Source: Balanoglossus misakiensis (taxonomy: Eukaryota > Animalia > Hemichordata). From it: a stretch of DNA of 64,000 bases. The stretch lies in contig CM082584.2 of assembly GCA_040954595.2 (NCBI GenBank), forward strand, positions 2,945,344-3,009,343, read 5' to 3'. Made by a program: the position numbers and the translations under genes. Below the pieces are notes generated by a model. It had not been told where the DNA came from and did no database searches. It worked only from the letters and a program-made list of their open reading frames with translations. Below, in pieces: positions 13,485 through 26,810 of this stretch (positions within the stretch are counted from its first letter, which is position 1; every line of letters starts with the position of its first letter).

Positions 13485-14351
13485 TCACAAAATCTTGTGT
13501 AGGTCCTCTTCATTGTTAATTATGATTGGCATTGACCCTTGTTGTTTACGAATATAGATACGTCCATTATGAGTCCACAAATAGTTATAGTTCAGAGTTT
13601 TACGCCGGTCATTTGCTTTTGCCATGAGAGTACGTTTCTTTTGGGTCAAGTTTTCATTGATGTATATGTGATTTCTACCTGCATATCCAAGCTTATCCGA
13701 AGTTGTACTTCTTATCTTCCTCGATCTCTGTAAACTTTGTCCCGAGTCTTCCTGCTGTTGAATTTCACAAGTATTAGCCTGTTTGTTCGGTCTGTCTTCC
13801 CAATTCTGTGTGTGACTTCAATCTCTCTCTCTGATATGTCTGGATGGATTTCTTTTAAGACTTTCATTACAATTTCATCAGTATTTTCATTTGACATCTG
13901 CGATATTCCCTGTATTTCTAGGTTTTCTCGCCTGCTATATTGGTTTTGTTCTTCTTGGTCTTTCTCCAGTATGCTCACTCGTTTCCTCAGATCTTCATTT
14001 GCTCTTCTTAGTTCTTTGTTTTCATTTTCAATCTTGCGCATTTGCTCACATGATTCTTCAAGCATTTTGTTGAAGAAGTCCATAGACGTTGTTATTGACT
14101 TCTGTGATTCTTTGATTTCACGGACAGATTCCAGGAGACTTGATAAACAGCTCAGCTGTTTTGTAATTTCTTGGAGTTGCCTATCCGTAGACTCTAGCAC
14201 CTCACTGCTCTCGCTATAAACTTGTCCTGTTTTCGGAGGAGTTTTCATTTCGAGTTTACGTTTCTTTTTTGCATGCTTTGCATAGCGGCACATCATTTTT
14301 GGTAAGGCTAACATACCGTGTTTCACCACAGTCCGCACACGTCTTAGGCAT
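13485..14351 (-). pseudogene. LINE ORF1: N-terminal CxxC-CxxC zinc finger, coiled coil, RRM-like region and C-terminal domain; two frameshifts
   Basis: ATG 14351 gives MPKTCADCGETRYVSLTKNDVPLCKACKK; frameshift in an A-run; then QYSRRENLEIQGI...HRIG...ILVKF; second shift near 13715; then IYINENLT...YLWTHNGRIYIRK...DLHKIL* (stop 13485-13487). Confidence 0.85.
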
Positions 14352-15967
14352 GGTCGCTTGCTAAGCGTGTTTTCCGTTGTAACAGGTGCTGGAGATAATA
14401 TGTAAATGTATTCTACTTTTTATACTGAGAATGGTCTTGGTACTTAAATCGAACTAGCTATCAATAAGATAACTGTATAACCAAAAACATCAACAATAAA
14501 ACTCCATTTTCCATAGAACACAAAATCATAAAAAAAAATTGCACAAGCTTCCAAAAGTAACATATAGTAATACATAGTTTCACTTGATAATGGCCAATTT
14601 TTTACAAATGATATTCTCTGTTCATCAAATATATATTTTAAAAAAACAGCATCTATGCATCAAAATACAGTTTTCTTATTGTGTGTATGACCTGAAAAAA
14701 GACCCTCAAGAAGCATGTTTTTACCATTTTAAATTTGGCTTTTGATAAAATTTAACATTTGAAAGATTAACAAACAATTTTGTCTGATATGTAGAGCACT
14801 TGTCAAAACAGTTTAATTAATATAAAACTTTGTAAAAACTGACTATTTTAGTCCAAGTCTTTTTATGGGAACATAATTTTTAATCATTTAACAACAAAAC
14901 CATTCAAAATATCAAGGCTTACTAGAAAATTGTCAAAAAGACTGGAAAAAAGATTGCTAAATAGCTACAGATTTAACAATTAGTTGAAAACACCTAACTC
15001 AGTGTAAGATGTATCATCAGCGGTATTGGTAACAGAAAATTCTGGTACCTCAGTCAATTAAAGAATAAAAATAATACTAATATGACCTTATTTGATATGA
15101 CTTTTGATTAAAAAAGGATAAATTATTTCAAATCAACTCCTAAGATTATCTTTAAATCTACCATTTTTGATAGTTTTCGCCTGATGTACAAATTGAACTG
15201 TTCAAAGTCGTTTGTTTTCTCCAATTTCTATCCAGATTTTCTTTGTACATAGCAAAAACGGAAAGAAGTCTATGATCAATCGCAAATCTTGATGACAATT
15301 GTACAGGACAGATTGTAAAGTGTCATGTTTCTCATTTTAAAGATAATTTTGCCCGGATGTTAAACATACTAGTGTGAAAGTTTTGGTTTTTACCAACTTC
15401 TGTCCACTTTTTCTTGATGAACAGAAAAAATGGAAAAAAAAGCAATGAAAAGTTTCAATTTTTTAGAACTTTTGTGTGCTACAGAATATGCAGTAATATT
15501 TTGGACAGTTATATTCATTTTATTTCTATTACTCAAATACACTAGCAAGAACATTAATATACAAAAGATCATGATTTCAATACCAAACAGTTCCATCATT
15601 TCCTCTCTAACAGAATTCTCAAAGCGCAAATGTTGTTTCACTTCACCAGAATCTATTCAGTCATATAAAAACTGCACTTGATAGACTGTACAAGACTGTC
15701 CTACTTGCTTCATCATGGATGCATACTCCAGACAGTGAGGGCGCTAAACATAAACATTCGGCACTGCAACCGCAGTTGAAGGATCAACAGAACGCTACAT
15801 TGTTCGGAATGTGAACGAAGGCACGATAGCAGCCATCACTTTGCTTCGTGAACATTACCTATTTCTATGTCCCGTTGAGGTAGTTTCCGTGAAATAACAT
15901 TCAGAAGAACACACACCAGACGACATATCTTAATACCTAACCATGGCTGTATGCGAAGCATTCCAAT

Positions 15968-18418
15968 ATTTACAAGTCAAACAGCAAGTAGATACTAAAC
16001 AAAAAGAATACAATAAAAATGCTGAGGCATTAGATCAAGCAATTGAAGCAGTACAGAGTACAGCTGTGGATATGTTTGACAACATTGCTCCAAATACAGA
16101 ACATCAGGAAAGACAAGACTCTGCAGAAGGATGTAGACAAAGTAACACAATGAACATATTTGACCCACAGAATGACAGTCATTCACATTATGACATAGGT
16201 CAAGACATTGGTATTGCTGTAAACAATCCTAATATTAATGAACTTCTACACCCACGAATGCCTGACACTGAACTTTACCCCTTTTACAGACTCTTAACAA
16301 GAAGCAAAAAGAAATATTCTATCATGTAATTCATTGGATTAAAACAAAAACAGATCCTTTGCATGTATTTGTAACAGGCGGAGCAGGTGTTGGTAAATCT
16401 CTTGTTCTGAAATCACTCTATCAAGTACTATTGAAACATCTTTCAAGTCTTCCCGGTCAAAATCCTGACAATGTATTCATGTTACTCATGGCACCAACAG
16501 GCAAGGCGGCATACAATATTAAGGGAAGTACAATTCACTCAGCAGTACAAATTCCTGCAAGTCAAGGATTTCACTATAGACCATTAACATCAGAAAGACT
16601 AAATACTTTGCAAGCAAAATATAGAAATCTGAAAGTCATTTTCATTGATGAAATCTCCATGGTTGGCAATGGTATGTTCAACTACATCAACCTTAGACTG
16701 AAACAAATCATGGCAAATAATCAACTCTTTGGTGGTGTCAGTATAGTTGCATTTGGAGACCTATATCAATTTAAGCCTGTCTTTGATGGCTGGATATTTC
16801 ATGACCTTAGGCATGATTATGGACCACTTGCTTTGAATATATGGAAATAACTTTTCCAAATGTTTGAACTAACAGATATTATGCGCCAAAAAGATTACTT
16901 GAATTTTGCATAATTACTGAATCGTGTACGGGAAGGAAAACACACATCAGATGACATAAGTATTCTCAAAACTCGGATAGTACAAAGCAATAATGTAAGT
17001 CCACCTTATGATGATTCAATAGTTCATCTGTATTGTGAGAACAAACTTGTTGATGATCATAATGTGTCAGTGTATGATAGACTCACAGAAACTAAAACAA
17101 ATGTATTTGCTACTGATACTGTAATTCGGGATGTCTCTGAAACAGTGAAACAAAAAACATTAGCCATAGTTACAATGTTAGGCCCTCAAAAGACAATGGG
17201 ATTAGTATCTCAATTATCTGTTGGAATAAATCAACGAGTTGAACTGTGTATGAATCTGTGTGTTGATGATGGATTAATAAACGGTACTCCAGGAATAATC
17301 AAGTTTATTGATGGACCAGACTTGGATGATGTCACAATTCTATGGATTTTATTTGATGATAGCGCTGTTGGCAAGGCACTACGACAAGAAAAACGTCATT
17401 TATACCATAGAAAAATAACCAAATCATGGACACCCATTGCACAGATATCACGGCAGTTCAGAGTAGGAAGACACAGAAATGCTGAAGTTGTTAGAAAACA
17501 ATTCCCATTAGACCAGCCAGTGGAAAAACTGTCCACTGTTGCCAAGGTGATACTCTGAATGATGTGGTTATTGATTTTAGCACTGCTTCAAACAGAAACC
17601 AGTGTCATATACACTATGTTGCGCTTAGCAGGGTCACAAAACTGGCTGGTCTTCACATAACCACATTACACGAAAATCAAATATCTGTCAGCACTGATGT
17701 CACACAAGAAATGCAACGCATGTGATCTCATTCCATGTTACAACTTTGTTTGACTTTTCCCTATGATATACCAAACAAATTTATTATAGCTTATCAAAAT
17801 GTAAGATCTCTCCATTGCCATTTCCAAGATGTTGTGAATGATTTCAATTTGACATCAGCTGATGTACTTATTTGCAGTGAATCATGATTACAAAGTGCTG
17901 ATCAGAATGATGATTACAGAATTCCAGATTTTGAAATTTCCAGACATGATGACAACAGTAATCAACAAAGAAGACCATACCATGGGCTAGTATTGTACAG
18001 CAAAGCTAACACCCTGGAGTCTCTTCCACATTCACACCATTACTTTCACTGTGAATTTGTCACAGCAGTATACAAAACAACACTTGGCTTACTTCAAGTA
18101 GTTGCTATTTACATTCCTCCTTCAACATCAATAGACACCTTACAAAGTGCTCTTCTAAACCTTAGCGAACAACTGCATGAAAATCTACCAACAGTGCTAC
18201 TTGGTGATTTCAATGTTGATTTGTTACAACAAACATCTTCAGCAAAGCAATTAATGGAATTTATGACAAACCAACTCAAGTACAAACAACTTATTCAAGA
18301 ACCAACAACAAACTATGGATCTTGCCTTGATCATATTTATACGAATATTCAGTCAACACAAGTTGGTGTACTTGAATCATACTACAGTGACCACAAACCA
18401 ATATGGCTAGCAGTGTAA
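15968..18418 (+). pseudogene. Second copy of PIF1 helicase plus C-terminal APE-type endonuclease, multiple stops and frameshifts
   Basis: Same helicase motifs continuing CQGDTL...HYVALSRV; endonuclease IAYQNVRSL, ICSES, YIPPS, LLGDFNVD, PTTNYGSCLDHIYTN, YYSDHKPIW. Stops at ~16848, ~16911, ~17723 and ~17885. Confidence 0.9.
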
Positions 18419-20302
18419 AAAAATTATTACAACAATCACTAGTGATTACTATTAGATCTCTGTACTCAATTATGAAGTCATGTCAAGCACAAAACAATGC
18501 AAAAGATAAAGTTCAAATGGGCTTTTAAATGCTATTAAACATTAAAAATCACTTTGTCAATTATGCCCTGTTAGTGCTGTTAGTGTCATTTCAAATTTAC
18601 CTCCGTTTCTTTGATATCTCTATACCAAATCTTAAATCTTGAATTCCACATGCAAATTAAAAACTGATAACTCACTAAATATTAAACCCCCTCATTCGAC
18701 CATAATTTCACAGCTTTATATCTAGCTATTCTCTCGGAAAATGTATTCTACTTTTTATACTGAGAATGGTCTTGGTACTTAAATCGAACTAGCTATCAAT
18801 AAGATAACTGTATAACCAAAAACATCAACAATAAAACTCCATTTTCCATAGAACACAAAATCATAAAAAATTTTGCACAAGCTTCCAAAAGTAACATATG
18901 GTAATACATAGTTTCACTTGATAATGGCCAATTTTTTACAAATGATATTCTCTGTTCATCAAATATATATTTAAAAAAAACAGCATCTATGCATCAAAAT
19001 ACAGTTTTCTTATTGTGTGTATGACCTGAAAAAAGACCCTCAAGAAGCATGTTTTTACCATTTTAAATTTGGCTTTTGAAAAAATTTAACATTTGAAAGA
19101 TTAACAGACAATTTTGTCTGATATGTAGAGCACTTGTCAAAACAGTTTAATTAATATAAAACTTTGTAAAAACTGACTATTTTAATCCAAGTCTTTTTAT
19201 GGGAACATAATTTTTAATCATTTAACAACAAAACCATTCAAAATATCAAGGCTTACTAGAAAATTGTCAAAAAGACTGGAACAAAGATTGCTAAATAGCT
19301 ACAGATTTAACAATTAGTTGAAAACACCTAACTCAGTGTAAGATGTATCATCAGCGGTATTGGTAACAGAAAATTCTGGTACCTCAGTCAATTAAAGAAT
19401 AAAAATAATACTAATATGACCTTATTTGATATGACTTTTGATTAAAAAAGGATAAATTATTTCAAATCAACTCCTAAGATTATCTTTAAATCTACCATTT
19501 TTGATAGTTTTCGCCTGATGTACAAATTGAACTGTTCAAAGTCGTTTGTTTTCGCCAATTTCTATCTAGATTTTCTTTGTACATAGCAAAAACGGAAAGA
19601 AGTCTATGATCAATCGCAAATATTGATGACAATTGTACAGGACAGATTGTAAAGTGTCATGTTTCTCATTTTAAAGATAATTTTGCCCGGATGTTAAACA
19701 TACTAGTGTGAAAGTTTTGGTTTTTACCAACTTCTGTCCACTTTTTCTTGATGAACAGAAAAAATGGAAAAAAAGCAATGAAAAGTTTCAATTTTTTAGA
19801 ACTTTTGTGTGCTACAGAATATGCAGTAATATTTTGGACAGTTATATTCATTTTATTTATATTACTCAAATACACTAGCAAGAACATTAATATACAAAAG
19901 ATCATGATTTCAATACCAAACAGTTCCATCATTTCCTCTCTAACAGAATTCTCAAAGCGCAAATGTTGTTTCACTTCACCAGAATCTATTCAGTCATATA
20001 AAAACTGCACTTGATAGACTGTACAAGACTGTCCTACTTGCTTCATCATGGATGCATACTCCAGACAGTGAGGGCGCTAAACATAAACATTCGGCACTGC
20101 AACCGCAGTTGAAGGATCAACAGAACGCTACATATTGTTCGGAATGTGAACGAAGGCACGATAGCAGCCATCACTTTGCTTCGTGAACATTACCTATTTC
20201 TATGTCCCGTTGAGGTAGTTTCCGTGAAATAACATTCAGAAGAACACACACCAGACGACATATCTTAATACCTAACCATGGATGTATGCGAAGCATTCCA
20301 AT
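15968..20302 (+). repeat. Right copy of a ~4.3-kb tandem duplication internal to the Helentron (left copy 6405-15967 carries the two LINEs)
   Basis: Junction ...GCATTCCAAT|ATTTACAAGTCAAAC. 15968-17545 matches 6405-6483 + 8913-10410, and 18739-20302 matches 14404-15967, with only scattered substitutions and indels. Confidence 0.95.
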
Positions 20303-22202
20303 GAAAGTGTCAAAAATAGAACTAAGATGGCTACTAATGTTTTGAAAACAAAAATAGAATATTATGCTAAGAAAAAAAGACATTTCCGGTAACCCGACGT
20401 ACTTCAAACCCCTGACCACTAACTTTCTTTTCGCTGCTGTCAACTCAAAACGATATGTCGCTGGTTTCCGGATACATTTTTTTTAGAATCAACTCACAGT
20501 TTTTAACTCTATTATAAACTCAGGTCGAATTGTGGACGATAAAGGGGAATTTCGATGACATCCTAACACAGTTTGCCAGGAATAGGACAACCAACTTGCG
20601 CGTGCTCACACGGCGCCTGCTACAACTCTCTCTTGATAACGCGACAAATGTTGCAAGTTGTGGCTGGCTGACTTCAGTGTGATGAGCGAATTTTGATTTC
20701 ATTCCACAAAATAATGTGATTTTACATTACTTTTTATCGGTCTTGGTCTATTCAAACATCATTTTTCGTGTATTTCTCGATCTTTGCCGTGAAGAGAAAA
20801 CTGTAGTGGGCGTCTCTCGGCACACGTTCTAAAATTATCTATTCTCACATGTGAAAATACTCTGTCTTAATCTTCGCTCTGAGAACAATACAGCAATAGC
20901 GCAGTGGCATACAGGCGTTGCATGTATGATAAGCTCCTCTTTTCCAATCGCAAACATGTTTCCGTGGTGTAATTTATCGCATACTCCTTTGATTTAGAAT
21001 AATATGAACAAAACAAATCTAATTCGCCTAACCTATTTCTGAACCGCGTGTAACATAAAAAAACGTTTGGCGTAAACGACCAGCCTCCACTACAAACGAA
21101 ACATAAATTTCAATATAAAACGACTAAAGCCATAATTTCTACAAGTTGTTGTTGTTGTTGTCACCCTTTCTCACTGTTCGTTCAAATTCTCTAAAATGTG
21201 AAACTCATGCTTCCATTTCTGTATTCATTTAAATTTTGAAAGTAGTAGGCCAACTGGAAAATTTACCGGACAAAAAGTAGACATTCATTAAAAGTCGTTT
21301 TCGAACAAGCTTTGTTTTTGTAACTAAAACTACAAAGTTATAGCTTCGCGCAGTAAATCTGTCTTTGAATTGTTACTATTGAAGCCCAGTTCATTATCAT
21401 AAAGTTTCGATTATAAGTTTAGTGTGAAATAAGATGTTTTTCATTCTGCCTGCTGGTGTAGAATCTACAAAGTCGGACTTATAATCACAGGATACATCAA
21501 ATTTCAACGTTTTATTGCCGTTTTTGTACATAGTCTGATGGTACAGTTTTGACCCAACGAACACCGTGTTTATAAATTACAAACATTTTAACGATACATT
21601 TTGATACTTTTGTTTGATTAGCGGTTAAAAATTTCTATGGGCGGTATGTCTTCGACTTCCTTTATTTTGTGTGTTTTGTTCCAAAAAAACGTCAGTGTTT
21701 GCGTATCATGTTGCACAGGTGCCCGTACGGCGCCCGCTACGACGGCTCTGCGTAGTTTCATGAAATCTTGAAAAATGATATCGAACATTTCATCAAATAT
21801 TCAGCGGGAAAAATAATACCTATCAAACTTTACATTATACTATACATAACGATGGTGAAGATTTTTCAACACTAGTACAACGCCTCAACTTGCGTACGCA
21901 TCTGCAAATGAAAAGTGACCAAAACACTGATTCTCGGTTAAAGTTTCAACACAATTAACGAGAATACTCTGCATGGTTCAGATCGAATACCTTTTCATTC
22001 TAATAGGATCCTGCTCACCTAATTGTGTATGCATTTCGATTTTGAATTGTCATTGGCCCATCTTCAAACTTGCAACATTTTTGGAAACTACACTTGGACA
22101 CACCCACTCCCTTGCTCACTTTTACGTTCGATCTCTTCTTTCCCATACCTGCCATTGGTTCGGACTTTGCAGGCTCAGAATCCACTGAATATTCATGAGC
22201 AG

Positions 22203-22210
22203 TATATAAA
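22203..22210 (+). promoter_or_regulatory. Candidate TATA box (TATATAAA) of the OB-fold gene
   Basis: Lies ~200 bp upstream of a strong donor AA|GTGAGT (22406) that could splice to acceptor TTCACAG|G (22727), 24 nt before the ATG. Confidence 0.5.
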
Positions 22211-22750
22211 CCCACCCTCGTGCTCTGGCGTGGGTCATTTTTACGGAAACCTGCTAGGAGAAAAGTTTCTGTCCTGTGCGTCTCAGTGACGTATACTTGG
22301 AAAAAAAGTGTCCGCCATCCAGAAGTGCGTCTCAGTAACGTGTACTGAAAAAGTGTCCGACACCCAGAAGTGCCTGTCGTCCACAAGGAATCATTAAATA
22401 AGCAAGTGAGTAAAGTTTTTTCCTATTTGTATGGTAATACTAAAAGGAATGCCTTTGCGTTATTGCGAAACCATGTCGCAGCATTTCATATTTTATTCAG
22501 GACAAGATTGCATGACAACCGTTTCACCAGTTTTGCCTGAATACGTTACCAGTCGGTATTATGATTTATTATCATAGACATATCAATGTGTACAAAAATC
22601 ATTCGTCTAGCGTTCGACGCAATCATCATTAACACAATCACAGCTCTCAGGAGAAATTGTCTAACTTCGCTGCAACTGTCTACTGTTTTCATGAACTCAT
22701 AAATACCATTATCCACTTGTTCACAGGTTGCATCAGATCCCAGTCTGAAA

Positions 22751-25700
22751 ATGGCAACCAACAGTCAAGATCTAGCCATAAAAATAAAGGTTCTGGAAGA
22801 ACCTGAAGAGCGTTACGCCGCAACTGGACCCTTCTACAACTTAACAGCAATCGACGACAACGGCCACTTCCACGAAATTAAAATCTGGAAAGACGGGTGC
22901 GTCGATAAATTCACAAAAGGCACATTTCTGGAACTACGGCGGTTCACTAATTGTCGAGACGGTGGGATTGGCGTCAACAAATATACCAAGGTTAACACTT
23001 GTCTTGACCCTTTAATCGTCAGTTCCCTCTATAAACCTCAAAACTCGACATCGCATGATATTACAATTCCGATAGATCTCGTCTTTTCTCTCTACTAAAC
23101 GGCAACGTCAAAAGATTGATGTTTACAAAAAAATGATCAAGTTTGGGGGTTGGGTTTTTGGGCCAAATTCATGTCTGCAGTCAAAAACGATTCGACTTTT
23201 TGGCAAAACGAAAGATTTCAAGACTGCTTTTTGTTGTGTTGCAATATGAATATTTTTGTCAATTAATAATGGTTTTCTGTTTTCACTCAATTTAATAGTA
23301 CGCTGTCTGAAAGAATTAATGCAGGGTACGCTTCGAATGTTTTTCAATTTTCGGTCTGTTTAGTTAGAGTGGGGGGGTGGTGGGTGGGTCTGAGACCAAA
23401 CTTTTAAACAATTAAGTTACTTTTATTGAACTTTAGATCTTGCCCCTAATTTATTCAAAAACGAGATTTATTTCATGACCCATTCCCGAATTTTCACTTA
23501 CATGTTGTAATCTTCAAATAATATCGCTTTACATTTTAATTGATTTTTTTTCCTTTTTGCCGTAGATTGCCCGTACTGGGAACAATGCATTCAAAGTTGA
23601 AAAAGAACAGGAGAAACTATTCAATGAACCAGAGGAGGTCCCACTAGCTGATTTACAGCACTCGCCTCGAAAAAGGAGGGTCAGTGTTGTGGCTAGAATT
23701 GATAAGGTAATCACATATGCACACATTATGACAAAATATTTTGTTTACTCAGACAATAAACGCCTACTTTCCTCCAATAGATTTCTATGCAAATTGACTG
23801 TTCTCCCCCTGATTCCTCACAGTGATGACTAATTTCTACAACATTGCAGGTTAAAATTCTTATCTTGATGATTTCTGATTGTCATCCAAAATTATACAGG
23901 CAGAAAATGCTTCGGTGAGAATAATTTAATTTCACATCAATAACTGTAAACTTACCATACTAAACAACACCTTTTCTTACTCTTATTTCACCAATTGACT
24001 AGCATTACTTGTACCAGTCAAGACACATTTCCATTGCACAGTATCACCTTGCAATGTACTTTCTTTACATTTAGGTTTCACACGAACAGCAAACAACAAA
24101 TAAAACACGTAGAAGAGATATCGTTTTAACAGATGGTTTGAGGTCAATGCAAATGAACCTTTGGGGCAAACAGTGTGACCTGCAAGTCAGAGAAGGTGCA
24201 AAAGTGAAAATTGGACCTGTAATCGTAGACAAGTACAAGGATGTCAATCATGTCAATAGCACAGTCTCCACAAAAATAAAGGTCAGTATTCATCCACTGT
24301 CAAAATTCAGCCTCAGTATTTCTTGTTTCGACATATTTTTGTTTGAAATATCTGCAATTTCTAAAAGTAGATAATAATTGATAATGACTCTCACAGTTTT
24401 TATGACCAGCCCTGCTCACAAATGTATATACTTTTCAATATAACAATTGAAAATGACTTTCTGTCCGGACAGAAAGTCAGGCATTGTTGACACATGGAAT
24501 CCAATCTAACCCCTGCTGTGCCTATACAACTAAATGTACACAGATTCAGCCATGCATAACATTTATAGAACCCACACTGAAGAGGTTTGATTGTCCCAAA
24601 TCTAGTAAATTTTTGAAGAAACTCGCAAAAATTCACATATGCACCATTTCTGTTGTAAACAAACCTGTCGGTCATTTCAAATTTTACAGGCAATATTTAG
24701 GGTTTGCACATAGTTACAGCAGCACAAATCTTGCTAATATCTTTATTATCTAGTATTCCAAGATGAATGCGTAAAAAACAGGAAATTTTTGATGATGAAA
24801 AATTGTCAAAATGAGAAATACTGGGGCTTTAATGTGTTCTCTAACAGTCACTACACACTATCAACACTACTATACAGATATTTCAGATTCATTAATATGT
24901 CTCATACTTATTTTCAGACTATAGAAGATGATGCTGAAATTCTTGAGGCAAATGGTACACTTAAATGAATAGACACAGACGAGAAGTTAGTACATCTTCA
25001 TTATCACTTCCACACATGTCAGTGTGGCGTTATCTTTGGCTAAACTACTGGACAAACGACACCAAATTTAAATTCTTCATATTGGACAACGTCTGATGGT
25101 GATCTCATCTGCCAAAAATACTATTAATACACGATCATGCACTCTATTCTGACCAGTAGCATAACCTGGTTATGATTAAAAATTTCACTTTTACAACCAA
25201 TTTGTATATTGTCAATTTCACATCCATTGAAAATACTTAAATCATAACATTTTAGTATTTGGCACAAACCAACTTGGCTTTCCTTGGGACATGTGAAGAA
25301 AATCATAGCTGTGTTGTCTTCCCCTTTCAAAAAGTTCATCCAAAAAATGCGTGAACTTTTTTTTCTCTTCCACAGATGTCTGGTCATAGATGGTGTGTAC
25401 ACGCCATACAAGGCAGATATCAGTTCCCTTGGCTCCGAAGAGGACATTATATCCAAACTGCCAGTGCAGATTGTATACAAGAAAGACAACGGAACAGTTG
25501 TACAATTGAGGTAAAACTACTTTTTAGGTCTGCTGTCGGTGACAACTGAGCTCATCACATTGGTGGAATGTCTGTCATGGTGTACAGGTTTCTATGGATA
25601 TTTTCAGTAACATGTATTCAGATTGTCCTGACATATGCAGGATTGGATTTTTGGAGCAAATTTTGCCATTCTTTGTTTGTTAAAACTATCTGAAACCAAG

Positions 25701-26087
25701 GGTCCAATTGCTTTGAAACTTTGTTTGCAAGCTTCCTAGAGATTTCCTTACTCGCTTAAAATTGCAGTGAACTTTGAATACTTCTCTCTTGAGGGCAATT
25801 CTTTCCGTTTTTTGACCAAATCATTTTCTCTGAATCCACTTATCAGATTTCTTTCAAGTTTGGTGTGTAGGATCTTGGAGATTGTATTAGTAAGATGTAA
25901 CCAAATTGTCCTGAAATAAATATTTCAAGATCTCCAGACATCTTAAAGTAGCTTGACAATGAATATCAGTCAGGTTGCAAACATTAGATTATTACCACAA
26001 CCTGCATTTTATCACCCATTCTTACAATGTAATTATTTGCCTCTTATTTCCAGGTACAGAACCAAACCTAGCAAGGGCAGACGCTGA
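22751..26087 (+). CDS. Spliced RPA70-like OB-fold ssDNA-binding protein (~275 aa); coding exons 22751-22990, 23566-23706, 24075-24281, 24918-24985, 25376-25510, 26054-26087; in-frame TGA at 24966-24968 (probably pseudogenised)
   Basis: All introns are GT-AG and phases match (0,0,0,2,2). OB-fold signature RVSVVARIDKVS...RRDIVLTDG..MQMNLWG...KVKIG...VNSTVSTKI; C-terminus RYRTKPSKGRR*. Confidence 0.78.
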
Positions 26088-26239
26088 GCTTTCCCTACCA
26101 TACATCACATTCTTTTACAATGACTCTGCAGGCGCATTGCTAGGATTTCAATGTTTTCAGCCACTATTAGAGTGGTGAATAGTTTCAGTTTTGTTACCCA
26201 CACGAACTCGTTGGACATTAGAATTTAGGATAGTTTCTT

Positions 26240-26810
26240 CACAAATATTTTAGAAGTCTTTTTCATCAAACGTGCACATCAGACGACTTTGATATATTTG
26301 GTACTCAGACACAGGAATGACAGTAATAAGATTTTTTAAAAGTGTGCTTAAAATATGTACATTTGTGTTTTGAGGCAGTTTGTTCATTAATTCATTTGAA
26401 CTCTTCTCCAAAAAAATGCACATTGGACAGCTTTGATATTAGGTATTCAAAAGCCCAGAAATGACAGTGAATAGAGTTTTTTTCAGTGTGCTTAAAATAT
26501 GCAAATTTGTGTTTTAAGGCTGTTTGCTCAGTTCTTTTGAAATCATCCTAAAATACTGCACATCAGATGGCTTTGATATTAGGTATTCAGAAGCCTAGGG
26601 ATAACAGTAAATAGATTGTTTTAAGTGTCCTTAAAAAGTAATAATTTGTGTTTTAAAGCAGTTTGTTCAGAAATTCTTTACAAATCTTCCTAAATACTGT
26701 ACATGGGATGGCTTTGATATTTGGCATTCAGAAACCCAGGGATAACAGTAATCAGTTTGTTTTTATTAATGTGCTTAAAATATGCAAAGTTATGTTTTAA
26801 GGCATTTTTT
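26240..26810. repeat. Four diverged ~142-bp tandem repeats
   Basis: GCACAT...GCTTTGATAT.T.GG.A.TCA...ACAGT.A...GTG.CTTAAAA recurs near 26274, 26418, 26558 and 26699; similar to internal repeats of non-autonomous Helentrons. Confidence 0.75.

Larger units (their letters stand above)
10411..14403 (-). mobile_element. Near full-length CR1-group (CR1/Crack/Daphne-like) LINE, antisense to the Helentron, 3' tail missing
   Basis: ORF1 + ORF2 (APE + RT) on the minus strand. Boundaries are defined by comparison with the uninterrupted duplicate (17545 and 18739). Confidence 0.92.
2773..18418 (+). mobile_element. Decayed autonomous Helentron (Helitron2-type rolling-circle transposon), coding core with nested insertions and internal duplication; true termini not identified
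   Basis: Ordered domains: OTU (GDGNCLFRA...GHYD), Zn-finger, HUH Rep (VEFQQRGSPHVHMLVW; YIASYISK), PIF1 helicase (GGAGVGKS, IDEISMV, FGDLYQL) and C-terminal APE endonuclease (GDFN, SDHKPIW). This is the known Helentron architecture. Confidence 0.93.

Noticed and set aside
19666-20443. Minus-strand gene in the duplicated Helentron 3' region (also 15390-15960)
   Set aside because: Short ORFs with stops in all frames and no recognisable domain or consistent splice path.
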